This document shows, piece by piece, positions 9,702 to 19,786 of a DNA stretch of 64,000 nucleotides. The first letter of the stretch is position 1; every line of letters begins with the position of its first letter. The notes below the pieces were generated by a model. The model saw only the letters and a program-made list of their open reading frames with translations. It did not search any database and was not told the DNA's origin. Position numbers and translations under genes: made by a program. The stretch is from Alphaproteobacteria bacterium (GTDB lineage: Bacteria > Pseudomonadota > Alphaproteobacteria > Rs-D84), in the NCBI GenBank assembly GCA_017409215.1, contig JAFQTD010000007.1, positions 6,850 through 70,849 on the forward strand. Reading direction: 5' to 3'.

Positions 9702-10869
9702 TTTTTGTTGCCTCCACTGGTATTTGCAAATTTTGTTTAGGGAAAATCAAGTCAGGATTTTTGATATTATTTTTTTCTGCAATAATACTAAACAATATTC
9801 CACGTCTTAAGAAATTGCGTGCAATTATCCACAAACAATCGCCACGACGTACTGTATAAAACGTATCGTCGTCACCGGTCATTTCTGGCATTACAAACTG
9901 GTGCGACACATTTGCGACTGTACGTCCATCACCATCATGCATACGAACTGTCAATGTATATTCTTCGCCTGACTTTAAATCACCGACATCTGCCCCCAAT
10001 CCAAAATGTCTATGATCAGACACACGTGCAAACCCCAGATATTTTCCATTCAGGCTTAACGATACGCGCAATCTTGGCATACCGTCACCAGTAATAACGA
10101 TACGACCTGTTGATAAATAATCAATTTTTGAAATCGATAAATCGCCATCTCTCAGCATTTTTGGCGCCTGCAACAAGGTACTGCCATCACTTGTCATCAA
10201 CAACGAAACAGAATTTCTTGCCCCTTGTTCTGATATATAAACAAAGACATTATCTTTTGATTTTCTGTCTGGATTAATTCCCATCAAAGAAATTGTATAA
10301 TTTCCCGCTTTCCACACATTTGTTGGCGCATAAACAAATTCACCAGTATAATTTGTACGTTCCGTTGCAACAATATCACCATTCACAACAACAGATACAT
10401 TTTGATTTGGCAACCAACGCCCCGCGACAACAATTGAACCAGACTGTTCAATGCGAACAATATCAAATTCTGGAAAAACATCTTCTTTGATTTCCAGACT
10501 ATCAATTTCCTTTTCCACAGGTTGAACGATTGCCTGTGGCACACTGGGCACAACAATCACGCGCGCAGTTTTTGTGTCACGTATAAACAAGCCCCAAACA
10601 GCAACACACAAAACAAACACCACACATGCGACTGGGAACCAATATGCGCGCAACAATGATTTCTTTGAATTTTTTTTCTGTTCCGACTTTATTTCAACAA
10701 TATTTTCATCCGTCTTTTTTCGCGCGAACAAATTTAAAGACTTCAAAAAACCACGCGTATATTCACGACGATTTTCCAACCAATCATTCTGTTTTGCAAT
10801 TGCGCTGTCAATCATATCGTCCGTAGAACGTTTCGTCTTGCCCATATTACTCTGATTCTTTTTTGCCAT
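9694..10869 (-). CDS. LysM peptidoglycan-binding domain protein, membrane anchored
   Basis: TM helix WFPVACVVFVLCVAVWGLFI. C-terminal LysM YTVRRGDCLWIIARNF...KNPDLIFPKQNLQIP. AGGAG lies 8 nt before ATG 10869 (the ORF-track start 10875 is TTG). Confidence 0.8.
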   Translation of the reverse strand: MAKKNQSNMGKTKRSTDDMIDSAIAKQNDWLENRREYTRGFLKSLNLFARKKTDENIVEIKSEQKKNSKKSLLRAYWFPVACVVFVLCVAVWGLFIRDTKTARVIVVPSVPQAIVQPVEKEIDSLEIKEDVFPEFDIVRIEQSGSIVVAGRWLPNQNVSVVVNGDIVATERTNYTGEFVYAPTNVWKAGNYTISLMGINPDRKSKDNVFVYISEQGARNSVSLLMTSDGSTLLQAPKMLRDGDLSISKIDYLSTGRIVITGDGMPRLRVSLSLNGKYLGFARVSDHRHFGLGADVGDLKSGEEYTLTVRMHDGDGRTVANVSHQFVMPEMTGDDDTFYTVRRGDCLWIIARNFLRRGILFSIIAEKNNIKNPDLIFPKQNLQIPVEATKND

Positions 10870-10945
10870 ACCCAAAACTCCTGAGTCTTTTCTTTACTGT
10901 ATTGGACAAATTATTGCAAATATTATTTCTTTGTCAACTTATTTG

Positions 10946-10954
10946 TGATATAAT
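10946..10954 (+). promoter_or_regulatory. extended -10 promoter element (TGaTATAAT) for pfk
   Basis: tgatataat lies 35 nt upstream of ATG 10989. AAGGA Shine-Dalgarno precedes the start. Confidence 0.4.
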
Positions 10955-10988
10955 ATCAAGCATATAAAACAAGTACGAAGGAATAAAT

Positions 10989-12068
10989 ATGAAAAAGATA
11001 GGAATTATGACAACAGGTGGCGATTGCAGTGGTTTAAACACAACCATTCAACGCATACTAACAGGTGCCACCAAGCGTGGCTGGCAGGTTTTAGGGATAA
11101 TGGACGGCACAGACGGCCTGTATGTAAATCCACCCGCCACGATCGGATTAAACGATATGTTATTACCGATTGAAAATGCCAGACTGGCGGGCAGTTTTTT
11201 ACACAATGGTCGCGCAACCGCATTAAACTTTGAAACCGCAGCCGCCCAGGGCAAAACCGACGAATTTAATGCACACCTAAAAAAATCATTAAAAACATTG
11301 AACCTAGATGCATTAATTTTAATTGGTGGCAACGGCAGTGTATCACTTGCCTGGGCAAACCGCGAACTATACCAAGACCTGCAATTAATATGCATTCCAA
11401 AAACGATTGATATGGATATGCCGTTAACTGAAAACACTATTGGATTTGATACCGCGGTTCAACAGTTAACCTCATTCTGTGACCAGTTATTTTTGACCGC
11501 ACGCAGTCATCATCGCTGGTTTGTTGTGCAAAGTATGGGACGCGACTGTGGACAACTGGCTTTACACGCAGGAATTGCATCTGGTGCATCTGCAATATTA
11601 ATTCCAGAAATTAAGTTTGATATCGACAACCTGGTTTCACATATTCAGAACGCAAATTCAGACTATGGCATAATTATGGTTTCCGAAGGCATTTCCCTGC
11701 GCGGACATTCTGGCAAGCCTGCCGATATGATTTCACGCAAATTAAGCGCATCTGGCATTCTAAACAGAACCGCATTCCCCGAGCATATTCAACGTTCTGG
11801 CGACACAGTTGCAACCGACAGAATCCTTGCCACACGCTTTGCGGACTGTGCATTACAAGCAATCGAAAACAATGAAACATACGTTATAACAACACTGGAT
11901 TGCAACAACGTTCATACAGTATCATTATCTGAATTTGTATCCGCAGGCGAACAAGTATCTGACCCAAAGATACCTGAATTAATGACTTCGAACGCGTATA
12001 TATCGCCAGACGACCCATTATTAGACGTTGCACAGAATATGGGAATTTATATCGGTGAAACAAAATAA
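10989..12068 (+). CDS. pfk: 6-phosphofructokinase (PfkA family; phosphoryl donor uncertain)
   Basis: IGIMTTGGDCSGLN, LILIGGNGS, IPKTIDMD and VQSMGRDCGQLALHAGIASGA motifs. Confidence 0.85.
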   Translation: MKKIGIMTTGGDCSGLNTTIQRILTGATKRGWQVLGIMDGTDGLYVNPPATIGLNDMLLPIENARLAGSFLHNGRATALNFETAAAQGKTDEFNAHLKKSLKTLNLDALILIGGNGSVSLAWANRELYQDLQLICIPKTIDMDMPLTENTIGFDTAVQQLTSFCDQLFLTARSHHRWFVVQSMGRDCGQLALHAGIASGASAILIPEIKFDIDNLVSHIQNANSDYGIIMVSEGISLRGHSGKPADMISRKLSASGILNRTAFPEHIQRSGDTVATDRILATRFADCALQAIENNETYVITTLDCNNVHTVSLSEFVSAGEQVSDPKIPELMTSNAYISPDDPLLDVAQNMGIYIGETK

Positions 12069-12095
12069 AAAAAATGCCCAAACGGGCATTTTTTT
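12067..12095. terminator. bidirectional terminator hairpin
   Basis: A-run, then atgccc-aaac-gggcat, then T-run, between convergent pfk and 12094-12615. The identical hairpin recurs at 63291-63306. Confidence 0.75.
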
Positions 12096-12615
12096 ATCTA
12101 GTTTTTCGTGCTAAATTATAAAAATTTTGCGCAATCTTACAATTTGACCGAACACAAACATCTTTTACATCTGCTGTTTTACACTGTGGGATTTTATCAC
12201 ATTTTTGTTCTGTCAACGCACAACGTGCCCCATCAGCACACAACTGCACCAAAGATATTTTTTTATCTTTTAATGATGTTGGTTTCCCAGCAGGATTTCT
12301 GGATGCGATTTTTTTTGAACGCTGCAATAAGGCCTGTGTTTCTACATCATGAATTAAATCAGAAACCGTTATTGTTTTATCAGTCATTTTATTTGCAATC
12401 CAACACCTTACATCATCATCGAAAGTCAATGTGCACATATTTTCTATTTCATTAAATATCCATTCTATATCTAAATCATCCATCACTAAATTAGCTTTTT
12501 CAGCGGTTTTAGAATTAAAATACCCCAACGACGTATCATAAGACACTTTTTGCTGACAGATATTTTCAATCGCATACATTACAATTAAATCCATAGCGCA
12601 CTTACCTTTATTCAT
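12094..12615 (-). CDS. hypothetical protein (173 aa) with Cys-rich C-terminus
   Basis: ATG ORF. The C-terminal 50 aa contain 7 Cys. No family recognised. Confidence 0.5.
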   Translation of the reverse strand: MNKGKCAMDLIVMYAIENICQQKVSYDTSLGYFNSKTAEKANLVMDDLDIEWIFNEIENMCTLTFDDDVRCWIANKMTDKTITVSDLIHDVETQALLQRSKKIASRNPAGKPTSLKDKKISLVQLCADGARCALTEQKCDKIPQCKTADVKDVCVRSNCKIAQNFYNLARKTR

Positions 12616-12660
12616 TATCAGGTTGCATTTATAACATCTTTTGATAAAAACACAATAAAA

Positions 12661-12682
12661 AAATCCCCCAAACGGGGGATTT
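12661..12682 (-). terminator. rho-independent terminator of dnaK
   Basis: aaatccccc-aaac-gggggattt with a T-run on the minus strand, 20 nt after the dnaK stop. Confidence 0.75.
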
Positions 12683-12701
12683 CGCTTCCTTGATTTAATT
12701 T

Positions 12702-14597
12702 TTATTTTTTCTCAGAAAAGTCAGCATCAACAGTACCATCATCGTTTTTCTTTTCTTCTGCACCTTGGGCGGCTGCTTGTTCTGCCTGCGCTGCCTTATA
12801 GACCGCTTCACCCAACTTCATTGCTTTTTCTGTTAATGCATCTGTTTTCTCTTTCAGTGATTCTGCTGTTGCATCAGCTTTTGCTAATTCATCGCTTAAC
12901 GCTTGTTTAGCATCTTCAATCGCTTTCTTTTCATCTTCACTGATTTTATCGCCATGTTCCTTCAAAGACTTTTCGATACTAAACACAGCAGTTTCCGCGG
13001 TATTTTTGGCTTCTGCCAATGCACGTTTCTTTTTATCTTCTTCGGCATTTGCAGCGGCTTCATCAACCATTCTTTTTATTTCGTCTTCGGACAAACCACC
13101 ATCCGATTTAATTGAAATAGCCTGTTCTTTACCAGTGCCTTTATCCTTGGCAGAAACGTGAACAATACCATTTGCGTCAATATCAAAAGACACTTCGATT
13201 TGTGGCATACCGCGTGGGGCAGGGGCAATCCCTTCCAGATTAAACTGTCCCAACAGTTTATTATCTGCCGCCATATCGCGTTCACCTTGGAACACACGAA
13301 TTGTCACAGCAGACTGATTATCTTCTGCGGTACTGAACACCTGTGATTTTTTGGTTGGAATTGTCGTATTACGGTCAATTAAACGTGTAAATACACCGCC
13401 CAAAGTTTCAATACCCAAAGACAATGGTGTCACATCCAGCAACAAAACATCTTTTACATCGCCTTTCAGAACACCACCTTGGATTGCAGCCCCCATACCA
13501 ACAACTTCGTCTGGGTTAACACCCTTGTGTGGTTCACGTCCAAAGAATTCCTTAACAGTTTCTGCAACTTTTGGCATACGGGTCTGACCACCGACCAAAA
13601 TAACTTCATTAATCTGTGATTTATCCAATCCTGCATCTTTCAATGCCTTTTTACATGGTTCAATCGTACGTTCAATCAGGTCTGCAACCAAAGATTCCAA
13701 TTTTGCACGTGTCAATGTTGTATTAAAGTGCTTTGGTCCTGTTGCATCTGCCGTCAGATATGGCAAATTAATATCTGTGCTTGTTTTTGAAGACAATTCA
13801 ATCTTTGCCTTTTCTGCCGCTTCTTTCAAGCGTTGCAATGCCAATTTATCACCAGACAAATCAATACCTGTCTGTGCCTTAAATTCTGCAATTAAGTGTT
13901 GCAAAATACGCGCATCAAAATCCGAACCACCCAATGCAGTATCACCATTTGTTGATTTTACTTCGAACACACCATCAACAATTTCCAAAATAGACACGTC
14001 AAACGTACCACCGCCCAAGTCATAAACAGCGATAATACCATCTTTGTCTTTATCCAAACCGTATGCCAATGCTGCTGCTGTTGGCTCATTAACAATGCGC
14101 AAAACATTCAACCCAGCGATACGACCTGCGTCTTTTGTTGCCTGACGTTGCGAGTCATTAAAATATGCAGGCACAGTAATAACCGCATCTGTCACAGGTT
14201 CGCCCAGATAACTTTCCGCATCTTTTTTTAATTTTGCCAAAATCATTGCAGAAATTTGAGATGGCGCATATTTTTTACCTTCCATTTCCACCCATGCATC
14301 ACCGTTTTCACCTGCGACAATTTTATATGGTACACGTGCGGCAATTTCTTTAACTGCTGGACTATCGAAACGCAAGCCCATCAATCGCTTAATTTCATAA
14401 ATTGTGTTTTCAGGATTTGTCACAGCCTGATTTTTTGCAGAAATACCGACCAGCTGTTCACCATTTGAAGTCAATGCAACCACAGACGGTGTTGTACGCT
14501 GTCCTTCTGAATTTTCGATAATTTTTGGATCATTCCCATCCATAAAAGCCATTGCAGAATTAGTTGTACCTAAGTCAATACCTAATACTTTTCCCAT
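12702..14597 (-). CDS. dnaK: molecular chaperone DnaK (Hsp70)
   Basis: [19 protein letters not shown] and [13 protein letters not shown] motifs. AGGAG lies 8 nt before ATG 14597 (the GTG at 14606 overlaps the SD). Confidence 0.97.
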   Translation of the reverse strand: MGKVLGIDLGTTNSAMAFMDGNDPKIIENSEGQRTTPSVVALTSNGEQLVGISAKNQAVTNPENTIYEIKRLMGLRFDSPAVKEIAARVPYKIVAGENGDAWVEMEGKKYAPSQISAMILAKLKKDAESYLGEPVTDAVITVPAYFNDSQRQATKDAGRIAGLNVLRIVNEPTAAALAYGLDKDKDGIIAVYDLGGGTFDVSILEIVDGVFEVKSTNGDTALGGSDFDARILQHLIAEFKAQTGIDLSGDKLALQRLKEAAEKAKIELSSKTSTDINLPYLTADATGPKHFNTTLTRAKLESLVADLIERTIEPCKKALKDAGLDKSQINEVILVGGQTRMPKVAETVKEFFGREPHKGVNPDEVVGMGAAIQGGVLKGDVKDVLLLDVTPLSLGIETLGGVFTRLIDRNTTIPTKKSQVFSTAEDNQSAVTIRVFQGERDMAADNKLLGQFNLEGIAPAPRGMPQIEVSFDIDANGIVHVSAKDKGTGKEQAISIKSDGGLSEDEIKRMVDEAAANAEEDKKKRALAEAKNTAETAVFSIEKSLKEHGDKISEDEKKAIEDAKQALSDELAKADATAESLKEKTDALTEKAMKLGEAVYKAAQAEQAAAQGAEEKKNDDGTVDADFSEKK

Positions 14598-14634
14598 TTT
14601 ATTCACTCCTAAGTTAAATTTTTACTTACCTACG

Positions 14635-14662
14635 ATATAGTTATGCAAAAAAAGATTTCAAG
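14635..14662 (-). promoter_or_regulatory. RpoH (sigma-32) type heat-shock promoter of dnaK
   Basis: Minus strand reads CTTGAAA (14662-14656), then ACTATAT (14641-35); 17 nt separate the CTTG core (14662-14659) from ACTATAT. Compare the alphaproteobacterial consensus CTTG-N17-CYTATNT as I recall it. Confidence 0.5.
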
Positions 14663-14693
14663 GGGCAATAGACATATTTTCTCAAAAGAAAAA

Positions 14694-14713
14694 AATCCCC
14701 CGATTGGGGGATT
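14694..14713 (-). terminator. rho-independent terminator of the rpsP-rplS operon
   Basis: aatccccc-gatt-gggggatt with a long T-run on the minus strand, downstream of the rplS stop. Confidence 0.75.
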
Positions 14714-14734
14714 GTAAACCTAAGCAAACATAAA

Positions 14735-15127
14735 TTATTTGCTTTCTGTCTTTTCTGCGGATGTTGCTGCCAAGTCTTCGACAATACGCGCTTTTTTACC
14801 AGACAACCCACGCAAGAAGAACAGTTTAGCACGACGTACTTTACCAATACGAACCTTTTCAATCTTTTCGATTGCTGGGCTATACAGTGGGAACTTACGT
14901 TCTACACCAACGCCATAAGATTCACGACGTACTGTAAAGGATGCATTATTACCCATTCCGCCATCACGCGCGATAACAACACCTTCGAAAACCTGAATAC
15001 GGAATTTATCACCGTCTTTAATTTTGACGTGAACCTTCAATGTATCCCCAGCTTTGAAGTTAGGTATTTTTTTATCTGCCGCCAATTTAGCGACCTGGGC
15101 TGCTTCAATTTTTTTAATAATGCTCAT
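14735..15127 (-). CDS. rplS: 50S ribosomal protein L19
   Basis: [30 protein letters not shown]...[22 protein letters not shown]. Confidence 0.95.
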   Translation of the reverse strand: MSIIKKIEAAQVAKLAADKKIPNFKAGDTLKVHVKIKDGDKFRIQVFEGVVIARDGGMGNNASFTVRRESYGVGVERKFPLYSPAIEKIEKVRIGKVRRAKLFFLRGLSGKKARIVEDLAATSAEKTESK

Positions 15128-15810
15128 TTTTCATTTTCCTTTATTAAATCCGGTCGACGTTCTTTTGTTATGTCAACCGATTGTTGTTTCCGCCACCGTT
15201 CGATATTGCCGTGGTGACCGGACAGCAGGACTTCTGGGACATTTCGTCCACGCCATACTGACGGGCGGGTATATAACGGCCATTCCAACCCCCCGATTTC
15301 GAAACTTTCATTTTCTGTGGTATCGCAACCACCATGAACCACATTATCTAATAAGCGCACGCAACTGTCAACAAAAACTTGCGCTGCGATTTCCCCGCCA
15401 GACAAGATATAATCACCAATTGACAGTTCCATTATATCATACTCTTCTATAATGCGTTCATCAATTCCTTCGTATCTGCCACACAGCAGTGTATAATTTG
15501 CATTTTCATCTGCGACAAATTCGCGCACCATCTGCTGATTCAACGTTTTACCACGTGGTGAAAAATAGATAACTTTACCTTTGTTTTTCACAGAATCCAA
15601 CGCATTTCCCAACACATCCGGTCGCATAACCATACCGGCACCACCACCGAACTGGGTATCATCAACACTGCCATAATTATTAATTGCAAAATCACGAATA
15701 TTAATCACATCATACGACCAAATATTTTTTTCCAATGCGCGTCCCACAACCCCAGCAGACAATGTACCTGGGAACAAATCAGGAAAAATGGTCAGTATAT
15801 TAAAGTGCAT
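15124..15810 (-). CDS. trmD: tRNA (guanine37-N1)-methyltransferase TrmD
   Basis: [26 protein letters not shown] and [12 protein letters not shown] motifs. ATGA overlap with rplS. Confidence 0.95.
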   Translation of the reverse strand: MHFNILTIFPDLFPGTLSAGVVGRALEKNIWSYDVINIRDFAINNYGSVDDTQFGGGAGMVMRPDVLGNALDSVKNKGKVIYFSPRGKTLNQQMVREFVADENANYTLLCGRYEGIDERIIEEYDIMELSIGDYILSGGEIAAQVFVDSCVRLLDNVVHGGCDTTENESFEIGGLEWPLYTRPSVWRGRNVPEVLLSGHHGNIERWRKQQSVDITKERRPDLIKENEK

Positions 15811-15813
15811 ATC

Positions 15814-16083
15814 TTATCTTACTTTTTGTGAAATCAATTCTTTTTGATTTTTGCCACATCTTTTACACGCGATATCTGCAAAGTACTTTAATCTTTTTGT
15901 ATTATCGTGTTGTACGTCCACTTCACCAATCGAACGAATTGTCAAAATATTCTTTTCGTTTTCTGTTTGAATAACTTTATATGCAAACGGTTGCGACAAA
16001 GCGAACAGTTTTACTTCACATAATTTCACGTCTTTATCACATTCAATCATCAGGGTTGAATAAGACTTTACGATATTATTCAT
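15814..16083 (-). CDS. small 4-Cys hypothetical protein (89 aa), paralog of 16105-16383
   Basis: Aligns by eye with its neighbour: SY..I.CD....C.V.....QP..Y.V.....N.......G, then a C-terminal CxxC. Confidence 0.55.
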   Translation of the reverse strand: MNNIVKSYSTLMIECDKDVKLCEVKLFALSQPFAYKVIQTENEKNILTIRSIGEVDVQHDNTKRLKYFADIACKRCGKNQKELISQKVR

Positions 16084-16104
16084 ATTATTTTCCTTATATT
16101 AACC

Positions 16105-16383
16105 TTATCTTGTTTTTTCTTTCACTCTTTCTTTAACTGCATATGGCGGCGTATAACACGCATCGCATAATGTTTTCGCCACATTAGACAGATTCAACGC
16201 ATTTGTAGCTTTTGTCCATGCGTCCCCCAAAGAATGTACTTTTATTGTATTTGGTTCAGCCTTGTTTATAACAACATTGTACAAATCAGGTTGCATTGCC
16301 AAGTACTTTTGCACTTTGCAATTTTTTTTACCCAACCAATCACATGTTATCACAACAACAGCATACGAACTTATTTTTACCAT
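16105..16383 (-). CDS. small 4-Cys hypothetical protein (92 aa), paralog of 15814-16083
   Basis: Same Cys pattern (CDW...C ... CDAC). Sits between rimM and trmD. Confidence 0.55.
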   Translation of the reverse strand: MVKISSYAVVVITCDWLGKKNCKVQKYLAMQPDLYNVVINKAEPNTIKVHSLGDAWTKATNALNLSNVAKTLCDACYTPPYAVKERVKEKTR

Positions 16384-16397
16384 TACCTAACACCTTT

Positions 16398-16865
16398 TTA
16401 TATTACATAAATAAATTTATTTTCCACATCAACAGTTGCACCGACAAAACTAACCATACTGCCATCATCCAGTTCAATGATATCACCGGCACCAAAGTTT
16501 TGAAAACCCACAACTGTTCCAATATTCTTATTATCACACACAACTTCAAACCCAATTAAGTCTGCCTGATAAAAGACATTTTCCGACTGCAAATCGGGCA
16601 GGGCACCGCGTTCAACAAACAACTCTGTTCCACGTAATGTTTCCGCAGTATTTCTGTCATCGACACCACGAATTTTTGCAATCACGACATTAGAATTCGG
16701 CACAGCACGCACAAAACAAAAATCCGCAGAAGTAAAACGATTTGAAAACACACTCAACGTCTTAAAATCCGTTGGTTTATCTGCAAAAGACTGCACTCGC
16801 ACCTCGCCCCGAATACCCTGTGGTGCAACAATTTTACCAATCAAGATTTTTTGTTCGTCTTTCAT
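16398..16865 (-). CDS. rimM: 16S rRNA processing protein RimM
   Basis: ILIGKIVAPQGIRGEVRV PRC-barrel family N-terminus. Conserved operon position. Confidence 0.9.
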   Translation of the reverse strand: MKDEQKILIGKIVAPQGIRGEVRVQSFADKPTDFKTLSVFSNRFTSADFCFVRAVPNSNVVIAKIRGVDDRNTAETLRGTELFVERGALPDLQSENVFYQADLIGFEVVCDNKNIGTVVGFQNFGAGDIIELDDGSMVSFVGATVDVENKFIYVI

Positions 16866-16866
16866 A

Positions 16867-17100
16867 TCATTTATTCTTTGTTAAATTCTGCGCGCTGATA
16901 TATAAATACCGCATATAACGTTCACAATTACTTTGTTCGCGCAACGTTTCCAACGGACACCCAGAAAACGTCTTATCCGACACAATAAAAGTGTAATTTA
17001 TTTTATTCTGGGCCATATATTCAACCGCCGATTCAAAAGAATCCAGTTTATCCTTTTTGCGCTGACAAAAATCACCATCATAGGGGCACTTATAAGACAT
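16867..17100 (-). CDS. small 4-Cys hypothetical protein (about 77 aa) between rpsP and rimM
   Basis: ATG 17100 (the ORF-track start 17106 is GTG). Stop lies 1 nt before the rimM start. No KH-domain GxxG motif. Confidence 0.45.
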   Translation of the reverse strand: MSYKCPYDGDFCQRKKDKLDSFESAVEYMAQNKINYTFIVSDKTFSGCPLETLREQSNCERYMRYLYISAQNLTKNK

Positions 17101-17166
17101 CGCCACACCAAATCTATTTATAAATATACTGCACAGACTGAAATCTGTGCAGTATAAAACAGTTTT

Positions 17167-17616
17167 TTATTCTGCAACAGCTTCTGCTGACGCTTCTTCT
17201 GCAGGTGCAGCGGCTTCTGCCTCTGCAGCGGCCTTGGCGGCTGCTTCTGCAGCTGCTTTTTCTTCAGCTATTTTGGCCAATCTATCGGCTTTATCTTTGA
17301 TACGCATTTGTGTTTTTTCAGACTGCAAATGTTTCTTTGTCTGCACAGGAATCGCTTTCTTTTCAACCAAGCCTGCATTTGCCAAGAATTTGTACACACG
17401 ATCAGATGGTTTTGCACCTTTTGCCATCCAAGCCTTGACTTCATCAGCTTTCAAAACAACGCGTTTTTCGCTATCACGCGGTTGCATTGGATCATATTTA
17501 CCAACGACTTCCAAGACATTCCCAGAATTACGCGCCGCACGTGAATCTGTGACTACGATATGATAATAAGGGCGTTTTTTTGCACCATAACGCGCCAAAC
17601 GGATAACTGTTGCCAT
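17167..17616 (-). CDS. rpsP: 30S ribosomal protein S16 with Ala/Glu-rich C-terminal extension
   Basis: MATVIRLARYGAKKRPYYHIVVTDSRAARN. ATG 17616 gives the canonical N-terminus. Confidence 0.95.
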   Translation of the reverse strand: MATVIRLARYGAKKRPYYHIVVTDSRAARNSGNVLEVVGKYDPMQPRDSEKRVVLKADEVKAWMAKGAKPSDRVYKFLANAGLVEKKAIPVQTKKHLQSEKTQMRIKDKADRLAKIAEEKAAAEAAAKAAAEAEAAAPAEEASAEAVAE

Positions 17617-17809
17617 ATTTTTGCTCCTTAATTTATTTAGCAATCGTTTATCTTTTAAACCACCAAAAAAACCATCGCCAAGGATGAAAACTCATCGGAT
17701 GACGTACCACACGCATACTGCGAACTGGCATAATACAAATGGCAATCTTTGGGATTTGCGACTGCATTATTACCCAAAAACAAATAAAAGTCAACAATTT
17801 ATTATATAT

Positions 17810-19786
17810 CTACATTACGCCACACATATTATCAAAATCTGCAACAAATTTCGTCAGTGTTGCATCGCATGGAAATTTTGTTGACGGGCAAACCTCTGCC
17901 CACACCTGCACAAGACTTTTTCCACTATCTGCCGTCAATAATTTATCTGTAAATTCATTAAGTTTTTTTCCCGTCCCAGATATCCTGGACAATGATCTTT
18001 CCAGTCCCAGCACTGCCGTATTCGCTGCGCTTCTCATTTTATCTGCAACCTTTGTAATTTTAGTTGTTTTCCCCACAGTTTTTAAAACCTTTTGGGCATT
18101 ATTTGCCGATGTATTAAATTTATTCGTCAGCGTATCACCAACTGTTTTTGCACTCGAAGCAGCATTACTAAACCACGTTGGCACAGACAGCACCACCCCA
18201 ACCAGCGCGACTGCATCACCAATCTTGGCAACATTTTGCCAACCACTTTTATCTGCACCATCTGCAATTTCCTGCAAACACACCGGATACATGGTTCCCG
18301 CATCAGCACTTATCAAGGCTTCAATTAAAAACAACGCTGTTTCTGCATCTTGTTCTGCAAATACCCCCTCATATTCTACCATTGCCTTAGCCAGCCCTTG
18401 AACCGCTTCTCTTGCGCACGCACAACTATTAGGCCTTACCACCTGTACAACATTTGGATCAACAGAATGTTTTATTCCACCACATTCAGTTATTAAACAC
18501 TTATTCGCCCCTAACAATGCCGCGCTGAACCTAGAATCCATAATTAAATTTGCAGTAACTGACGTAACCGTTCCAATCGCAGTCGCAACACCACCAATGA
18601 TTGCAACAACCGCCATTGCACTGCCACCACCCGTCGCCGGTATAGTTAAAATCCCTACCGCCACACCTACTGCCGCCACAGTCATATTTTTTATAGTCTG
18701 ACCAGAATTATATTTTTTTTGCGCCTTCAAGACACAGCCACCCTTATCCAAATTCCACTCAACATCTACACCATTATTTGTTCTAAGCAATTCACACATC
18801 TGTTCATCAAATCCTGCACACACACCTTTCTCAGATGCGCTGCCCCCAGATGCCGCACACGCCAGCATTGCATTTCCTGCCTCTACTGTTTTTTCCTTTG
18901 TATCTGCCGCATCATCAAAAACAAACCCGATATTTACTGAGATATTCATATTTCTGTCCACATCATGATACGTCACAGAACAAGGCAAAAAATCATCCAA
19001 TGACAACATACTGTTTCTTACTTTTATTGTGCTGGACGCGCACGAAAAATTATTAACAGCCAATCCTGACATCGCAAACCTAAGAATTGTATAATCTGCC
19101 AGATAATCTTTAACAGATATCAAATCCTTGATTTGTAAATCTGCAAACACATTTGGATTTATTACCTCGTGGCCATTATAAGAAAACTCCCAATCATCCG
19201 CATCAAAATCATCTGCATCAAATTCAGCAACAAATTTATAATGGGCCCGAACAACAGTTTTTTGATTACCGACTACCTGCTGTTCTTTCTCTGGCACCCA
19301 TTCAGGATACATACCAAACTGTTTTAAATCATTCCACAAATGCGCCGATTGCACCCCAGTCAATTCAGCGTTCATATAACACACCCCAGAATCATGGGCA
19401 CTTTGTCCGCCATACATTTTACAAATTGCAGTCCTAACAGATGTACGTTCTCTGTCAACTGCCCCTGCGGGTAAATCAAAGCTTTTAAATTCGAACACAT
19501 GCGATTTTCCGGTGTTATCCAGATAAATATAATGATTATCTGCAGCAGACTTTTTTAAATTTCCCTTCAATTCATAATAAACAGATTGCGTATCACGAAC
19601 ATCTGACTTCATTGCAACCTTAATTAGCCCACGTGCAGCCTCATCTTGAACGACCGCATCTGCAAATAATTGACATGTCCCCCTAACACCAACATCAAAG
19701 CAAGGATTACCCGCAGCAGCTGCAACAGAAACAGAAAAAAAACACATCGTAATCACAGATAAAAATTTTGCCATTATTCTCTGCAT
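17810..19786 (-). CDS. hypothetical secreted/membrane protein (658 aa) with Gly-zipper-like hydrophobic segment
   Basis: Signal peptide ...FFSVSVAAAAG. VAAVGVAVGILTIPATGGGSAMAVVAIIGGVATAIGTV. Alternative ATG 19774 forms a TAATG overlap with the upstream stop. Confidence 0.65.
   Translation of the reverse strand: MQRIMAKFLSVITMCFFSVSVAAAAGNPCFDVGVRGTCQLFADAVVQDEAARGLIKVAMKSDVRDTQSVYYELKGNLKKSAADNHYIYLDNTGKSHVFEFKSFDLPAGAVDRERTSVRTAICKMYGGQSAHDSGVCYMNAELTGVQSAHLWNDLKQFGMYPEWVPEKEQQVVGNQKTVVRAHYKFVAEFDADDFDADDWEFSYNGHEVINPNVFADLQIKDLISVKDYLADYTILRFAMSGLAVNNFSCASSTIKVRNSMLSLDDFLPCSVTYHDVDRNMNISVNIGFVFDDAADTKEKTVEAGNAMLACAASGGSASEKGVCAGFDEQMCELLRTNNGVDVEWNLDKGGCVLKAQKKYNSGQTIKNMTVAAVGVAVGILTIPATGGGSAMAVVAIIGGVATAIGTVTSVTANLIMDSRFSAALLGANKCLITECGGIKHSVDPNVVQVVRPNSCACAREAVQGLAKAMVEYEGVFAEQDAETALFLIEALISADAGTMYPVCLQEIADGADKSGWQNVAKIGDAVALVGVVLSVPTWFSNAASSAKTVGDTLTNKFNTSANNAQKVLKTVGKTTKITKVADKMRSAANTAVLGLERSLSRISGTGKKLNEFTDKLLTADSGKSLVQVWAEVCPSTKFPCDATLTKFVADFDNMCGVM

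Noticed and set aside
12094-12615. Acyl-carrier-protein-like N-terminal half (VMDDLDIEWIFNEIENMCTLTFDDD)
   Set aside because: The resemblance is limited to an acidic helix. The phosphopantetheine Ser of the DSLD motif is absent (DDLD). Not enough to make a call.
16867-17100. KH-domain protein (YlqC-like) usually found between rpsP and rimM
   Set aside because: No GxxG loop or KH-like pattern is present. The protein is instead defined by four Cys.
17147-18401. Plus-strand ORFs 17147-17563 and 17739-18401
   Set aside because: They are antisense to rpsP (Ala-rich mirror of its Ala/Glu tail) and to the 658-aa signal-peptide ORF. They have no SD or recognisable motifs.
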